From an uncultured bacterium (GTDB lineage Bacteria > Krumholzibacteriota > Krumholzibacteriia > Krumholzibacteriales > Krumholzibacteriaceae), in contig CAYRCK010000001.1 of assembly GCA_964422745.1 (NCBI GenBank), positions 100,368-164,367 of the forward strand: DNA of 64,000 bases, read 5' to 3'. Of this stretch, positions 49,448-59,426 are shown in pieces. The notes beneath the pieces are model-generated. The model searched no databases. It was given only the letters and a program-made list of their open reading frames with translations, and was not told where the DNA came from. Every line of letters starts with the position of its first letter. Within the stretch, counting starts at the first letter, position 1. The position numbers and the translations under genes are program-made.

Positions 49448-50734
49448 CTATTCGATATAGAGGAGCTCGCCCCCCTCGTAGCGGACCCGGTCCGGGTACC
49501 TTTGCGAGAATGCCTTCTTCATTTCGGTTGAGTTCGGGCTTGCCGCCTTGGACTCGTAGCTCCTGTCAAGTTGAACGACGATGAATCGGGACACGAGCAC
49601 GAAGAAAATCGGGACGAGCATCGGAACCATCCTCTGCCACATCTTTCCCGATATCAGACGCGAACAGAACACCGCGCCCGAGGAGATGACCATCACGAAA
49701 CCAACCGAGACCAGGTAGAGATGACGTATGTTCAGCCAGTCACTGGGAAACTGGAAGAATGCGAACGGTATGACCATGATGTAAGTCCAGGCGATGAAGA
49801 ACCTAATGGCCCTGTTGCCGAATATGAAGCCGAACAGCGAGTAGGAGATGACGGTCAGTGCTATCATGAGGCGGATTTCAGTCGCGAATCGGTAGATGAA
49901 CCTGACCGCCGCTCCGCTTTCCGTTACGAGATGTGATGTATGTATGGGGAAGATCATTCTCACCAGGTAGCTGAATACGTTCTTAACCGCCAGGACCGCG
50001 AAACGCGCCGTTCCCGGGTGGTGCGTATAGAGGGGGGGCGTGTAGCGGAACACGACGGCCTTGACTATGAGGGCGGCAACGGCCAACAGGATGAGTATGA
50101 CGAAGTTTGCATTCAGGATGCGCCTTCCCGTCCCCTCCCGGAAGAAGAAGTTGAATGCGAGGAATGCTCCCAGGATCGAGAAGCTCGTCGTTCGGGTGAG
50201 CATGGAGGCCAGGAAGAAGAGCAGCGCGAGCATGTACCACCGGCCGAAGAGCTTGCTTTCCTGTGAAAGCTCGTGCTTGAAGTAGAATATCATCGTGAGA
50301 AGCGTCATCGTGGTTATGAAGAGATCCTCCAGCCCCGACATGATCATGACGGATTTCCCGAAGCTCCCGACGGTGAAGACGAAAAGGACCCCGGAGAGCA
50401 GAGCGATCGTCCTGTCGTCGAGAAGCGTATATACAAGAATGTAAACGAGGAACGAATTGAAGCCATGCAGCATTATGTTGAATATGAAATATCCCAGGGC
50501 GTTGAAGAGGAACCTGCTGAACAGAAAGTAGTAGATGAGATAAACGATCGGCTGGAACTTGAACGGCGGATCGCTGACGAATATGGTGGAGATGTCCTCT
50601 TTTATCCTCAGGCTCTGCTCCAGCGAGTGAAAATCATCGTTGTGCCAGAATCCGTTATCGGTTGCGAGGTTGAAAAAGAGATAGCTGAGCGCCAGAAACG
50701 CGGCCAGTATTGCAAGGTTCTTAAGACGGGGCAT
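49448..50734 (-). CDS. polytopic membrane protein, possibly a GT-C-fold glycosyltransferase (ArnT/PMT-like)
   Basis: 428 aa with about 11 predicted hydrophobic helices, aromatic-rich. An early periplasmic-loop acidic motif (WHNDDFH) is reminiscent of GT-C transferases. I see no decisive motif. Confidence 0.35.
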   Translation of the reverse strand: MPRLKNLAILAAFLALSYLFFNLATDNGFWHNDDFHSLEQSLRIKEDISTIFVSDPPFKFQPIVYLIYYFLFSRFLFNALGYFIFNIMLHGFNSFLVYILVYTLLDDRTIALLSGVLFVFTVGSFGKSVMIMSGLEDLFITTMTLLTMIFYFKHELSQESKLFGRWYMLALLFFLASMLTRTTSFSILGAFLAFNFFFREGTGRRILNANFVILILLAVAALIVKAVVFRYTPPLYTHHPGTARFAVLAVKNVFSYLVRMIFPIHTSHLVTESGAAVRFIYRFATEIRLMIALTVISYSLFGFIFGNRAIRFFIAWTYIMVIPFAFFQFPSDWLNIRHLYLVSVGFVMVISSGAVFCSRLISGKMWQRMVPMLVPIFFVLVSRFIVVQLDRSYESKAASPNSTEMKKAFSQRYPDRVRYEGGELLYIE

Positions 50735-50921
50735 AGATATCCTCCCAGTCGCGGTAGGCGTTGTAAGAGTGGGATTATAACATTTATCGCGGGTTTTAGT
50801 AAATCATTATCGGGGAGCAAGGAGCCCGGGGACGGCCTCAGCCGGCGGCTGCGGTACCCGGGCCGTGTTGCTCGAGGCATGCGGGAACGCACCCTGATAG
50901 GCTCAGCGGAGCCTTCGTGAT

Positions 50922-52160
50922 TCAGTCCTGCAGGAAGAGGTGCGCGAACACCTTCGCATCCCCCAGCATGTTGTCGATATGCGTGAACTCGTTAGGCTGA
51001 TGACATACGTCATCGATCTTCGACCAGACGACGGATTTGAATCCCGCGCGGCGGAAGAATGCTGCGCACGTGCCTCCACCTATGCCTACCGGCCTCGCCT
51101 CTATGCCGTAAACGTCCTTGATGGCGGCGGCTAGGGATTTGACTGCCGGTGCGTCCGGTGGAGTGGCGGGAGCCGCCGCCTCCCGCTGCGGGGAGGTCAC
51201 GGAGATCTGCACCGAGAAGTCCTTCTCCACACCGCTGCAGATCTCCTCGATCTTGCCCATTACATCGTCCAGGTCTATTCCCGGGAGTATACGCATGTCC
51301 ATATAGAAGACATCCAATCCCGGGAGGGTGTTTATGTTGGGGACGTTGCCATCCTTCTTGGTGGGCTCGAATGTGCTCATCGGTGGATCGAACACCTCAT
51401 CGCGCGCATCGTAGATCTCTTGGAGCTTGTCGAGGCGGGTGATGAGGTGAGCCGCAGCCCTGTGCGCGTTGATGCCCTGATCGGGCGAGGAGGCATGGCA
51501 GGATTTACCCTCGGTTTCGAACTTCAGCCACAGGATCGATTTCTCGGCCACCTCTATATCGCCTCCGTCGGGCACGCCCGAATCCGGCACTACTATTATG
51601 TCGTCTTCCTTGAATATGTCGTGCTCTGAGAGCAGGTACTGTATTCCGTGGTTGCTGCCCGTCTCCTCGTCAGCCACCAGCGCCAGACCGATATCGTGGG
51701 GGGGGGTTATGCCTAGTTCCTTTATGGCCTTGGCGGCGAAGAGCGCGGTCACCATGCCGTGTTGGTTATCCTCGACGCCCCTGCCGAAGATCATTCCATC
51801 CTTCTCGACTACCTCGTATGGATCGGTCTCCCAGAGGCTCTCGTCACCCGGGGGGACGACATCCATATGGGCCATGATCCATCTTCTGCCGGTGCTCGAC
51901 GCTCCCTTCATCACGGCCACGAGGTTGGGTCTGTATCCGGAAGGCACCCTCCCGTCCGGCGAGTTGTAATGCTCTAGGGTGTCGAATCCGATCTCGCCCT
52001 GCATCCACTCCTCTATGACTTTTGCCTTCTCCGCCTCTCCCTCGCCGCCGTTCTCGGGGCCCAGGGCCGGCACGGCCGTCAGCCTTCTCTGCAGTTCGAC
52101 GAACGAGGCACGATAGCTTTCGATCTTATCGTACACCTTTTTAATCATTTCTGGATCCAT
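50922..52160 (-). CDS. M20 family metallopeptidase (ArgE/DapE-like)
   Basis: Metal-binding motifs of the M20 family: AHMDVVPPGD, GRGVEDNQHG, and ADEETGS. Confidence 0.8.
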   Translation of the reverse strand: MDPEMIKKVYDKIESYRASFVELQRRLTAVPALGPENGGEGEAEKAKVIEEWMQGEIGFDTLEHYNSPDGRVPSGYRPNLVAVMKGASSTGRRWIMAHMDVVPPGDESLWETDPYEVVEKDGMIFGRGVEDNQHGMVTALFAAKAIKELGITPPHDIGLALVADEETGSNHGIQYLLSEHDIFKEDDIIVVPDSGVPDGGDIEVAEKSILWLKFETEGKSCHASSPDQGINAHRAAAHLITRLDKLQEIYDARDEVFDPPMSTFEPTKKDGNVPNINTLPGLDVFYMDMRILPGIDLDDVMGKIEEICSGVEKDFSVQISVTSPQREAAAPATPPDAPAVKSLAAAIKDVYGIEARPVGIGGGTCAAFFRRAGFKSVVWSKIDDVCHQPNEFTHIDNMLGDAKVFAHLFLQD

Positions 52161-52511
52161 GTCTCCTCCAGTCTCGGATATTGCAGGCTCTTTCTTGCCT
52201 GAGAGGGATTGTTATTTGTTAAACGCGGCGGGTCCGCGAAAGGGGAAGCTATCACCGGGCGAGGCTTACGTCAAGCTGTTTATCGGCGGATAGCCTTCAT
52301 GGTTTTGCGCGTCTATTGTGCCGCACATTCCGTCCCGATTCTAGAATATCGAACTATCGCGCCGGTTTCATACGGTCGGCTCGGAGAGAAATCTGAAAAA
52401 CGGCATTGACTGTGCAGATCGTTTCTGCTTCAATCATCGGTAAGTTCATAATTGAAAATAGGTACTAGGGGAAGGACGGGGGTGTAGATGTAGCCCTGGC
52501 GAGGTCCGAAC

Positions 52512-54674
52512 TTGAGGGGGAAAGGAAAGACTCAAACGAGAGAAGAGGACAAAAAGGGAAGGCCTCCACCGGGAGAGAAGCTCGGTGCACAAAGCACCAG
52601 GCATATCCTTCGAAGAGTCCTCGGTAGCGGGAGTTTGGACGAAGGGCTGGAAGAAGCATCAAAATACCTCCTCGAGCTTTTCGATCTGAGATTGGTCAGC
52701 ATTTTAGTGGCCGGTAGCGGGGACATAGGCTACACGGTCAGATCTTTTATCACGCCGGACGACAAACTACACTACCTTCAAGGGGCGTCCTACAGGTATG
52801 GCAACTCGGGAGACGTGGACGGTTTCCTGGGGAAGGTTTTCTCTTCGTCTGATCCGACGACTGTTTCCAAGCGCAGGATTAGATCTCTCCTCATTTCTCT
52901 TGCCGGCGACGGCGTGGTGTCCGAGGAGACATTCGACGAACTGACTCGCAGGCTTATAACCTCAGACGATCTCAACGTCGTGTTCTTCTCGGAGAGGGAC
53001 AGTAGGGCCGAGCCTTTTCTCCTGCTGGCGGTTTCGAGCCCGAGGGAGTTGCTCGACGACGAGATAGGCCTGCTGGCGGAAATCACAGGCTCGCTGGCCC
53101 TATCCGTGGAGTGCAGGATCAGGATGATGGACCAGGACCGCTTGGTAAGCAAGTATGAGGCGCTCCTTGAAAGCAGGGAGAAGGCTCATTTCCTTTTGGT
53201 GGGGGGGAAGCTGGAAGTATATACAGAAAGGTTACCGGAGATGCTCGGAGTTTCGGGCGAGGATTTGCGGGGCATGAGGCTCGAGGATTACCTGGAGAGG
53301 TCGGACGGCAGGGATCTTCACAGGATGATAGAGTCGTTCATAGAAGAAGGCGAGAGCCATTCAAGCAGCTATTATCACGTTTACCGCCTTGCGCGCGGCG
53401 CAAGGGAGGTAGAGGTGAGCCTGAATTCGGTTCGGGTAAGGGACGGGTGGGGGATAAAGGGCTCTATAGCAGCTCTTGATGATAAGAACTTGCTGGAAAA
53501 GAGCGCGCTCGACAGCAAGAGCATGGAGAACATCTCGGCCCTTGCAGGCGGCGTCGCCCACGATTTCAATAATCTGATCGGCGCCATGGTAGGATATGCA
53601 TCGCTCGTCAGAAACTCCATGGAGGAGAATGACGAGAGGGTTGGGCAGCTAAGGAGGATTGAGGAGGCGGGAGAAAGGGCTCATAAGCTTACTAGACAGC
53701 TGCTTTCGATATCACGCAAGGGGAAATACAGGCAGGAGGTCGTCGATATGGGGGATATCCTCGACCGCGTATGCAAGAGCTGCATAGTCCCCATGGACCA
53801 CATATCCTGTATAAAGGAGTACAACACAGAGCTGATGAATGTGGAGGGTGATCCGACCCAGCTGTATGAAGCGCTTCTCAATATAGCGAAGAATGCCAGG
53901 GAGTCGATGCCGGATGGGGGGGTGGTCAACCTACGGGTCGACGGCGTTGAGCTGGATCGTGACAGCTCCCTGTTCACGGAAGGGATGAAAGCGGGGGGGT
54001 ACTTGAGGATAAGCGTGAAGGACGGCGGGTGCGGAATGGGAAGCGATGTCCTGAGAAAGAGCACGGAGCTGTTCTTCACGACGAAGCAAGAGGCCGGCAA
54101 GAAGGGGTTGGGGCTGCCCGCGGCGATCGGGATTATTGAAAGCCACAGGGGGGTGCTGGAGGTCAAGAGCCGCCGGGGAACAGGATCGGAGGTTTTGATA
54201 TACCTGCCGGTCACTCGGAGGGAGCCCGAATCTACAGCAACATTCACGCCGCGTGGTGACACGAAGGTGAATAAGGTGCTCGTGGTCGACGATGAGCAGA
54301 TCGTATGTGAACTCGCCTCGGATATGCTGGGCCGGCTGGGGTACGACGCGGTGACCGCGCTATCGGGCAACGAGGCGCTGGAAGCGATGAGGAACTCGCG
54401 GTTCGACCTGGTATTGCTTGATCTCCTGATGCCCGAGATGAACGGTCAGGAGACTTTCCACCGACTGAAAGAAATCGATCCTGATATTCCGGTAATACTT
54501 TCCAGCGGGTACAGCGAAGATTCCGTCGTCCAGAGGCTTCTCGAAGAGGGCGCCATCTCGATGCTCAAGAAGCCCTACCGACTCGCTGACCTGAAAGTAG
54601 CTCTGGATGAGTCTGCAAGAACCATAGGCCGTTTGACAGGAGGGGATAGTGGCCATGGAAACAAAAGGCTCTAA
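52512..54674 (+). CDS. cytoplasmic hybrid sensor histidine kinase (GAF/PAS-like N-terminal domains, HisKA, HATPase_c, REC)
   Basis: H-box (LAGGVAHDFNNLIGAMVGYASL), ATPase N/G boxes (NIAKNARESM; GGCGMG; GLGLPAAIGII) and a C-terminal receiver (KVLVVDDEQIV...LLDLLMPEMNG...ISMLKKP). The start is uncertain. Confidence 0.8.
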   Translation: MRGKGKTQTREEDKKGRPPPGEKLGAQSTRHILRRVLGSGSLDEGLEEASKYLLELFDLRLVSILVAGSGDIGYTVRSFITPDDKLHYLQGASYRYGNSGDVDGFLGKVFSSSDPTTVSKRRIRSLLISLAGDGVVSEETFDELTRRLITSDDLNVVFFSERDSRAEPFLLLAVSSPRELLDDEIGLLAEITGSLALSVECRIRMMDQDRLVSKYEALLESREKAHFLLVGGKLEVYTERLPEMLGVSGEDLRGMRLEDYLERSDGRDLHRMIESFIEEGESHSSSYYHVYRLARGAREVEVSLNSVRVRDGWGIKGSIAALDDKNLLEKSALDSKSMENISALAGGVAHDFNNLIGAMVGYASLVRNSMEENDERVGQLRRIEEAGERAHKLTRQLLSISRKGKYRQEVVDMGDILDRVCKSCIVPMDHISCIKEYNTELMNVEGDPTQLYEALLNIAKNARESMPDGGVVNLRVDGVELDRDSSLFTEGMKAGGYLRISVKDGGCGMGSDVLRKSTELFFTTKQEAGKKGLGLPAAIGIIESHRGVLEVKSRRGTGSEVLIYLPVTRREPESTATFTPRGDTKVNKVLVVDDEQIVCELASDMLGRLGYDAVTALSGNEALEAMRNSRFDLVLLDLLMPEMNGQETFHRLKEIDPDIPVILSSGYSEDSVVQRLLEEGAISMLKKPYRLADLKVALDESARTIGRLTGGDSGHGNKRL

Positions 54675-56223
54675 TGATCACCCCGATCCTCACCTCCAAG
54701 AGGTGGGTGAGTACGGGAACGGCGAGGATCTACAAAAAACAATCAACTGCATCATGGAGAATAATGTAGTAGGCATAGCCGTTTCGGACGTGGGCGGAGT
54801 GTACAAATCGTTCAACCTCGGAGCGGAGCAGCTTACCGGCTACAGCAGAGGAGAGATTGTGGGAAAGGATCCGCCACCGGCCATCTTCCTGGAAGAGGAC
54901 ACATCGGCCATAAACAAGGCGCTGGCTCTTCAGGGACATGTCGAGAATATGGAGGTGCGTCTGAAGAGGAGGGACGGCGGTCTCAGGGAGGTAAGCCTGA
55001 GCGTGTCCTCGTGCGCCAACGGATGCGAGTATATACAGTTCATCATAGACAACACCGAGAAGAAGCACCTGCAGAGTCTTCTGCTGCATTCACAGAAGAT
55101 GGAGGTCGTCGGCGAAATGGCCGGCGGCATAGCACACGATTTCAACAATCTGCTGGAGGGTATCCTCGGATACACGACATTCATGATGGATATGATCGAG
55201 AGTGGCAACGAGCTCAGGTCCTATCTCGAGATCGTTGAGAGATCGGCCAAGAAGGCCTCCGACCTGACAGAGAGGCTTCTCACGTTTTCACGTGACGAGG
55301 GCAAGGTCAGTAGTCTCGTCAATTGCAATACGCTGCTTCGGGAAGTCGTCAAGCTTCTCGAGAGAACCATAGACAGGAGGATCGTGATAGAGGTGAAGCT
55401 GGAGAAAAACCTTAATGCGATCCGCGGGGCGGCCGGTCAGATCGAACAGGCGTTTTTGAATGCTTGCCTGAACGCGCGTGATGCGATGTCGGAAGGCGGG
55501 AAGCTGTATATATCGAGCGAGAACGTCGTCCTTGATAAGAGCTATCCTCCCTTGAGCCTTAACATGGGCAGCGGGAAATACGTTCGCGTGTCGGTAACCG
55601 ATACGGGCGTGGGCATGGACAAGGAAACGCAGAACAGGATGTTCGAGCCATTCTTCACGACGAAGAAACGCGGTGAGGGAACGGGACTGGGGCTGAATAT
55701 GGTATACGGGATAGTGCACAACCACGGTGGATTCATAAACGTGTACAGCGAAATCGGCAAGGGGACCGTTTTCAACATCTATATACCCGCACATGACGAC
55801 CGGGCGCCGGAGGATGTCGTGGAGAGGGAGTGGCAGGAAGTTCCAGCCGGCAAAGGAGAGAAGATCCTTGTTATAGACGACGAGCCGATTGTAAGGGACC
55901 TCAGCATGGAAATGCTCGAAAAGCTTGGTTACAAGGCTATAGTGGCCGGGGACGCGGATGATGGGATGCGTAAGTTCAAGGAGCAGAAAGACGATATCGA
56001 GCTCGTGGTCCTGGATATTATCCTTCCGGGCGCCAGCGGGCATGAGGTGTTCAAACGGATGAGGGAGATTAAGAGCGACACACTTGTTCTTCTGTCGAGC
56101 GGCTACAACAGGGCGTTCGTGGGAGAGGAGTTCATAAACGGCTCACAGATCGATTTCATACAGAAGCCCTATTCGATGGAGGACCTCGCCAGGGAAGTCA
56201 GACGCATTCTGGACCGCAAATGA
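54649..56223 (+). CDS. hybrid sensor histidine kinase (PAS, HisKA, HATPase_c, REC)
   Basis: PAS-like N-terminus, H-box (MAGGIAHDFNNLLEGILGYTTF), N/G boxes (NACLNARDAM; DTGVGMD; GLGLNMVYGIV) and a receiver (KILVIDDEPIV...VLDIILPGASG). It overlaps the previous gene's end by 26 nt. Confidence 0.85.
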   Translation: MAMETKGSNDHPDPHLQEVGEYGNGEDLQKTINCIMENNVVGIAVSDVGGVYKSFNLGAEQLTGYSRGEIVGKDPPPAIFLEEDTSAINKALALQGHVENMEVRLKRRDGGLREVSLSVSSCANGCEYIQFIIDNTEKKHLQSLLLHSQKMEVVGEMAGGIAHDFNNLLEGILGYTTFMMDMIESGNELRSYLEIVERSAKKASDLTERLLTFSRDEGKVSSLVNCNTLLREVVKLLERTIDRRIVIEVKLEKNLNAIRGAAGQIEQAFLNACLNARDAMSEGGKLYISSENVVLDKSYPPLSLNMGSGKYVRVSVTDTGVGMDKETQNRMFEPFFTTKKRGEGTGLGLNMVYGIVHNHGGFINVYSEIGKGTVFNIYIPAHDDRAPEDVVEREWQEVPAGKGEKILVIDDEPIVRDLSMEMLEKLGYKAIVAGDADDGMRKFKEQKDDIELVVLDIILPGASGHEVFKRMREIKSDTLVLLSSGYNRAFVGEEFINGSQIDFIQKPYSMEDLAREVRRILDRK

Positions 56224-56278
56224 GGGCGGGCCGGACCTGCGAAGATTCTTACCGAGAGTGAAAGGCAGGGAAGAGGAT

Positions 56279-57958
56279 ATGTTTAGATTGCAATTGCTGT
56301 GTATATTTTTTTGTCTTGCCGCAGCGTGCAGCGGAAGGTGCGGGGAGGGAAAGAAGGAGCGGAGTGATATTGATTTGGGGGACCGCCTGGAGGTTTTCGT
56401 GCCGGTGCAGATAACGGTACCCTGGGACCTGCTCGATGAGCGCGATGAGGCGGCGCTGGAGAAATTGTATCTCGCCGCCAGGGTAATTGACCGGATTTTC
56501 CTGGAGCAGGTGTCGGCGGAGAACATCGATCTGAAGATGAAGCTGGAGAGGCAGGGCGATCCCGACGCCATGAGGTTCTTCCGGATTAACTTCGGACCCT
56601 GGGACAGGCTGGAGGGCAACGAGCCGGTTATAGGGGATGCGGAGAAACCCGCAGGGGCGAATTTCTATCCCGCCGATATGACTGCGGCCGAGTTCGAAGA
56701 TTGGGTAGAGAGCCACCCGGACGATAAAGCTTCTTTCGAGAGCTGGTTCACGGTAATAAGAAGAAGGGACGACGGCGGGCTCTATTCGGTTCCCTATTCA
56801 CGTCAGTACCGGGAACTGCTCGGTAAGGCCGCCGGATATCTCAGGGAAGCAGCCGATCTCGTGTCGAGCGTAACTTTGGCCGGTTTCCTGCGGGAGAGGG
56901 CTGATGCGTTTTCGTCCAACGACTACTTCGAGAGCGATATGGCGTGGATGGATGTCAAGGACAACGTTCTGGATGTGACAATAGGGCCGTACGAGGTTTA
57001 CGAGGATGAGCTGTTTAATTACAAGGCGGCTTTCGAGGCCTTTATCTGTGTGCGGGATCCCGCTGAGAGCCGGAGGCTTGACGACCTGAAAGGCCGCCTG
57101 ATGGATATGGAGGGGAACCTGCCGATAGATGATAAGCACAAGAACCTGAACAGGGGGTTCGAATCCCCGATATCCGTAGTGGACGAGGTGTTCGCCGGTG
57201 GTGACACGAAAGCGGGTGTGCAGACACTGGCTTTCAACCTTCCGAACGATGAGCGGGTGCGCGAGGCCAAGGGAAGCAAAAAGGTGATGTTGAGAAACAT
57301 CTGCAGGGCGAAGTTCGACAAGATCCTGGAGCCGATATCGGACCGCCTCATCTCACCCGGGCAGCGGCGGCATGTGACATTCGAGGCCTACTTCAACCAC
57401 ATACTGCTGCACGAGTTCTCACACGGGCTTGGTCCGGGCAGGATCGTGCTCGAGGATGGAACGGAAACGCTGGTGAACAGAGCACTCCGTGAAACGTACT
57501 CCGCCATCGAGGAGGCGAAAGCAGATGTTGTCGGGCAGCACAATTTTTATTATCTTATAGATGAGGAGTTTTATCCCCACCTGCTGGAAAAGGAGACGGC
57601 AGTGACGTTTTTGGCAGGTTTCTTCCGCTCCGTCAGATTCGGCATCGGGGAGGCCCACGGCCTGGCCAATATGATTGCCTTCAATTACTTCAGGGAAAAG
57701 CGAGCTTATGTCCAGGATGCATCCGACGGGAGGTGGGCGGTTGACTTCGACCGGATCAGGGGCGCCGTGGAGGATCTGTCACACGAGCTGCTCATGCTCC
57801 AGGCCCTCGGTGATTACGATGGATCGAAGAGGTTTATCGAGCGGTATGGGAAGATGGACGACGTTGTGAGGGAGTCCATATCCCGCATCGAGGATGTTCC
57901 GATCGATATAGAACCGAGATACGAGCTTGACGAGAGATACGCGGGGGTGAGGCAGTAG
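56279..57958 (+). CDS. secreted/lipoprotein Zn-metallopeptidase-like protein (HExxH plus downstream EExxAD; M49/DPP-III-like)
   Basis: I chose the ATG at 56279, giving the lipoprotein signal MFRLQLLCIFFCLAAACSG. The motifs are HEFSHGLG, and about 32 aa later EEAKADVVG. The family assignment is tentative. Confidence 0.4.
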   Translation: MFRLQLLCIFFCLAAACSGRCGEGKKERSDIDLGDRLEVFVPVQITVPWDLLDERDEAALEKLYLAARVIDRIFLEQVSAENIDLKMKLERQGDPDAMRFFRINFGPWDRLEGNEPVIGDAEKPAGANFYPADMTAAEFEDWVESHPDDKASFESWFTVIRRRDDGGLYSVPYSRQYRELLGKAAGYLREAADLVSSVTLAGFLRERADAFSSNDYFESDMAWMDVKDNVLDVTIGPYEVYEDELFNYKAAFEAFICVRDPAESRRLDDLKGRLMDMEGNLPIDDKHKNLNRGFESPISVVDEVFAGGDTKAGVQTLAFNLPNDERVREAKGSKKVMLRNICRAKFDKILEPISDRLISPGQRRHVTFEAYFNHILLHEFSHGLGPGRIVLEDGTETLVNRALRETYSAIEEAKADVVGQHNFYYLIDEEFYPHLLEKETAVTFLAGFFRSVRFGIGEAHGLANMIAFNYFREKRAYVQDASDGRWAVDFDRIRGAVEDLSHELLMLQALGDYDGSKRFIERYGKMDDVVRESISRIEDVPIDIEPRYELDERYAGVRQ

Positions 57959-57959
57959 A

Positions 57960-57985
57960 GGCCTGCCGGAGCAGGCTTTTATGAT
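57960..57985 (+). terminator. rho-independent terminator candidate
   Basis: GCCTGC-CGGAG-CAGGC hairpin followed by TTTTATGAT, immediately after the stop at 57958. Confidence 0.55.
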
Positions 57986-58229
57986 AAAGGAGATCCGGCC
58001 TGATTGATATTGCCGGGCGCAGCCTCCTAAAGAGGTCGGCCTTCAGGGGGTTAGGTACTGTAATGTTGGGATACCGAAGCGCCCGGCTTCCCCTGTATAT
58101 ATGGTACCGACCGTAGTGCGCACGCCGCCCCGGCGTGCGCGTGGGTTGGATGGATCCCGGGAGGATCGGTGCACGGTATTATTGCGTATGTTGTCCAGGA
58201 AGATAGGGGGCGCGTGGCTGTGGTGGTTA

Positions 58230-59243
58230 TCAGCCCCGCGGGATCTCGAGAACCCCTGCACCCGAAATTCCGCTCTCCCTTATGATCAGCAGCGCCTCGT
58301 TGACTTCCCCGAGAGGGAAGAGTGTGGTCTCTGTTCGTATGGGTATATCAGCGGCGAGATTCACAAGCTCCCGCCCGTCCCGCCTTGTCGCTGCGGTCAC
58401 GCTTCTCAGATTCTTCTCGTAGTACAGGTGCGTTTCATAGTCGAGCCCGGGGATGGGTGTCATCGTTATACCCGCGAGGGCCAATGTTCCTCCCTTCGCG
58501 AGTGAGGCCAGCGCATCGGGAACTATCCCTCCGGCGGGGGCGAAGACGATCGAGCTGGATGGCATTTCCGGCGGTGTGTCCTTCGATGTGCCGGTCCAGT
58601 ACGCGCCGAGCTTCTCTGCGTGTGCCATGTGGTTTTTGCTCCTGGTGAAAACGAGCACCCGGCACCCCCAGTGAACGGCGATCTGGATTGCCACGTGCGC
58701 GCTCGCGCCGAATCCATAGAGACCAAGCGTCCCCCCGGGTTCTATGCCGCTGATCTTCAGGGCCCTGTAACCTATGATACCCGCGCACAACAGAGGTGCG
58801 GCCTCCCTGTCCGCGAAGCCTTCCGGCAGTGGGTAGACGAATGATGCGGGGAGGACGGCGAACTGAGCGTAACCCCCATGCTCGTGGTACCCGGTGAATC
58901 GGGCCTTCTCGCATAAATTCTCGCTGCCGGATACACAGTGAGCGCATTCTCCGCAGGTCGAGTACAACCAGGCGGCCCCAACCCTGTCGCCCGGTGCCGG
59001 TTCGGTGACTCCGGGACCGGTCCTCTCGACCCGGCCGACTATCTGGTGACCGGGTATCACCGGGAGCACCGGGAGGGCGAGGTCGCCCTCCACCGTATGG
59101 ATGTCGGTGTGGCAGAGGCCGCACATGGATACGCGAACCAATATTTCACCGCTTTTCGGCTCCGGCACGGGAAGGTCCACAGGTTCGAGAGGTTTATGCT
59201 CCAGGGGTCGTGGAGCGTTCAGAATCATCGCCTTCATAACCAT
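58230..59243 (-). CDS. zinc-dependent alcohol dehydrogenase (MDR superfamily, AdhP-like)
   Basis: Catalytic Zn ligands (GLCHTDIH), structural Zn cysteines (CGECAHCVSGSENLC) and Rossmann motif GLYGFGASAH. Confidence 0.85.
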   Translation of the reverse strand: MVMKAMILNAPRPLEHKPLEPVDLPVPEPKSGEILVRVSMCGLCHTDIHTVEGDLALPVLPVIPGHQIVGRVERTGPGVTEPAPGDRVGAAWLYSTCGECAHCVSGSENLCEKARFTGYHEHGGYAQFAVLPASFVYPLPEGFADREAAPLLCAGIIGYRALKISGIEPGGTLGLYGFGASAHVAIQIAVHWGCRVLVFTRSKNHMAHAEKLGAYWTGTSKDTPPEMPSSSIVFAPAGGIVPDALASLAKGGTLALAGITMTPIPGLDYETHLYYEKNLRSVTAATRRDGRELVNLAADIPIRTETTLFPLGEVNEALLIIRESGISGAGVLEIPRG

Positions 59244-59426
59244 CGATCCCCGTTTTTATTGCCACCGCCCCACGCCATGATGCGGGAGCGGCGATCCGGC
59301 CCTATGGGAACCGGAATGTGCCGTATATGGGCAGTCCGATTCTCGAGCCCCCGGGAAAAGGACTTTTCTTATTTGAAACTCTACTATAAACTGCTCTATT
59401 TGAATAGGCAAGAATCAAGGATGTAA

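Noticed and set aside
58101-58505. 134-aa plus-strand ORF in the peptidase-ADH spacer, plus a palindrome GCGCACGCCG-CCC-CGGCGTGCGC at ~58120-58142
   Set aside because: The ORF has no RBS and overlaps the ADH 3' end, so it is likely spurious. The 10-bp palindrome is real but is most simply a terminator or attenuator hairpin for the convergent genes. I give it no feature-level confidence.
59244-59426. Possible cobalamin riboswitch upstream of the corrinoid methyltransferase operon
   Set aside because: No B12-box (GCCACTG-like) or conserved riboswitch core could be recognised by eye. A covariance-model scan (Rfam RF00174) would be needed to exclude it properly.
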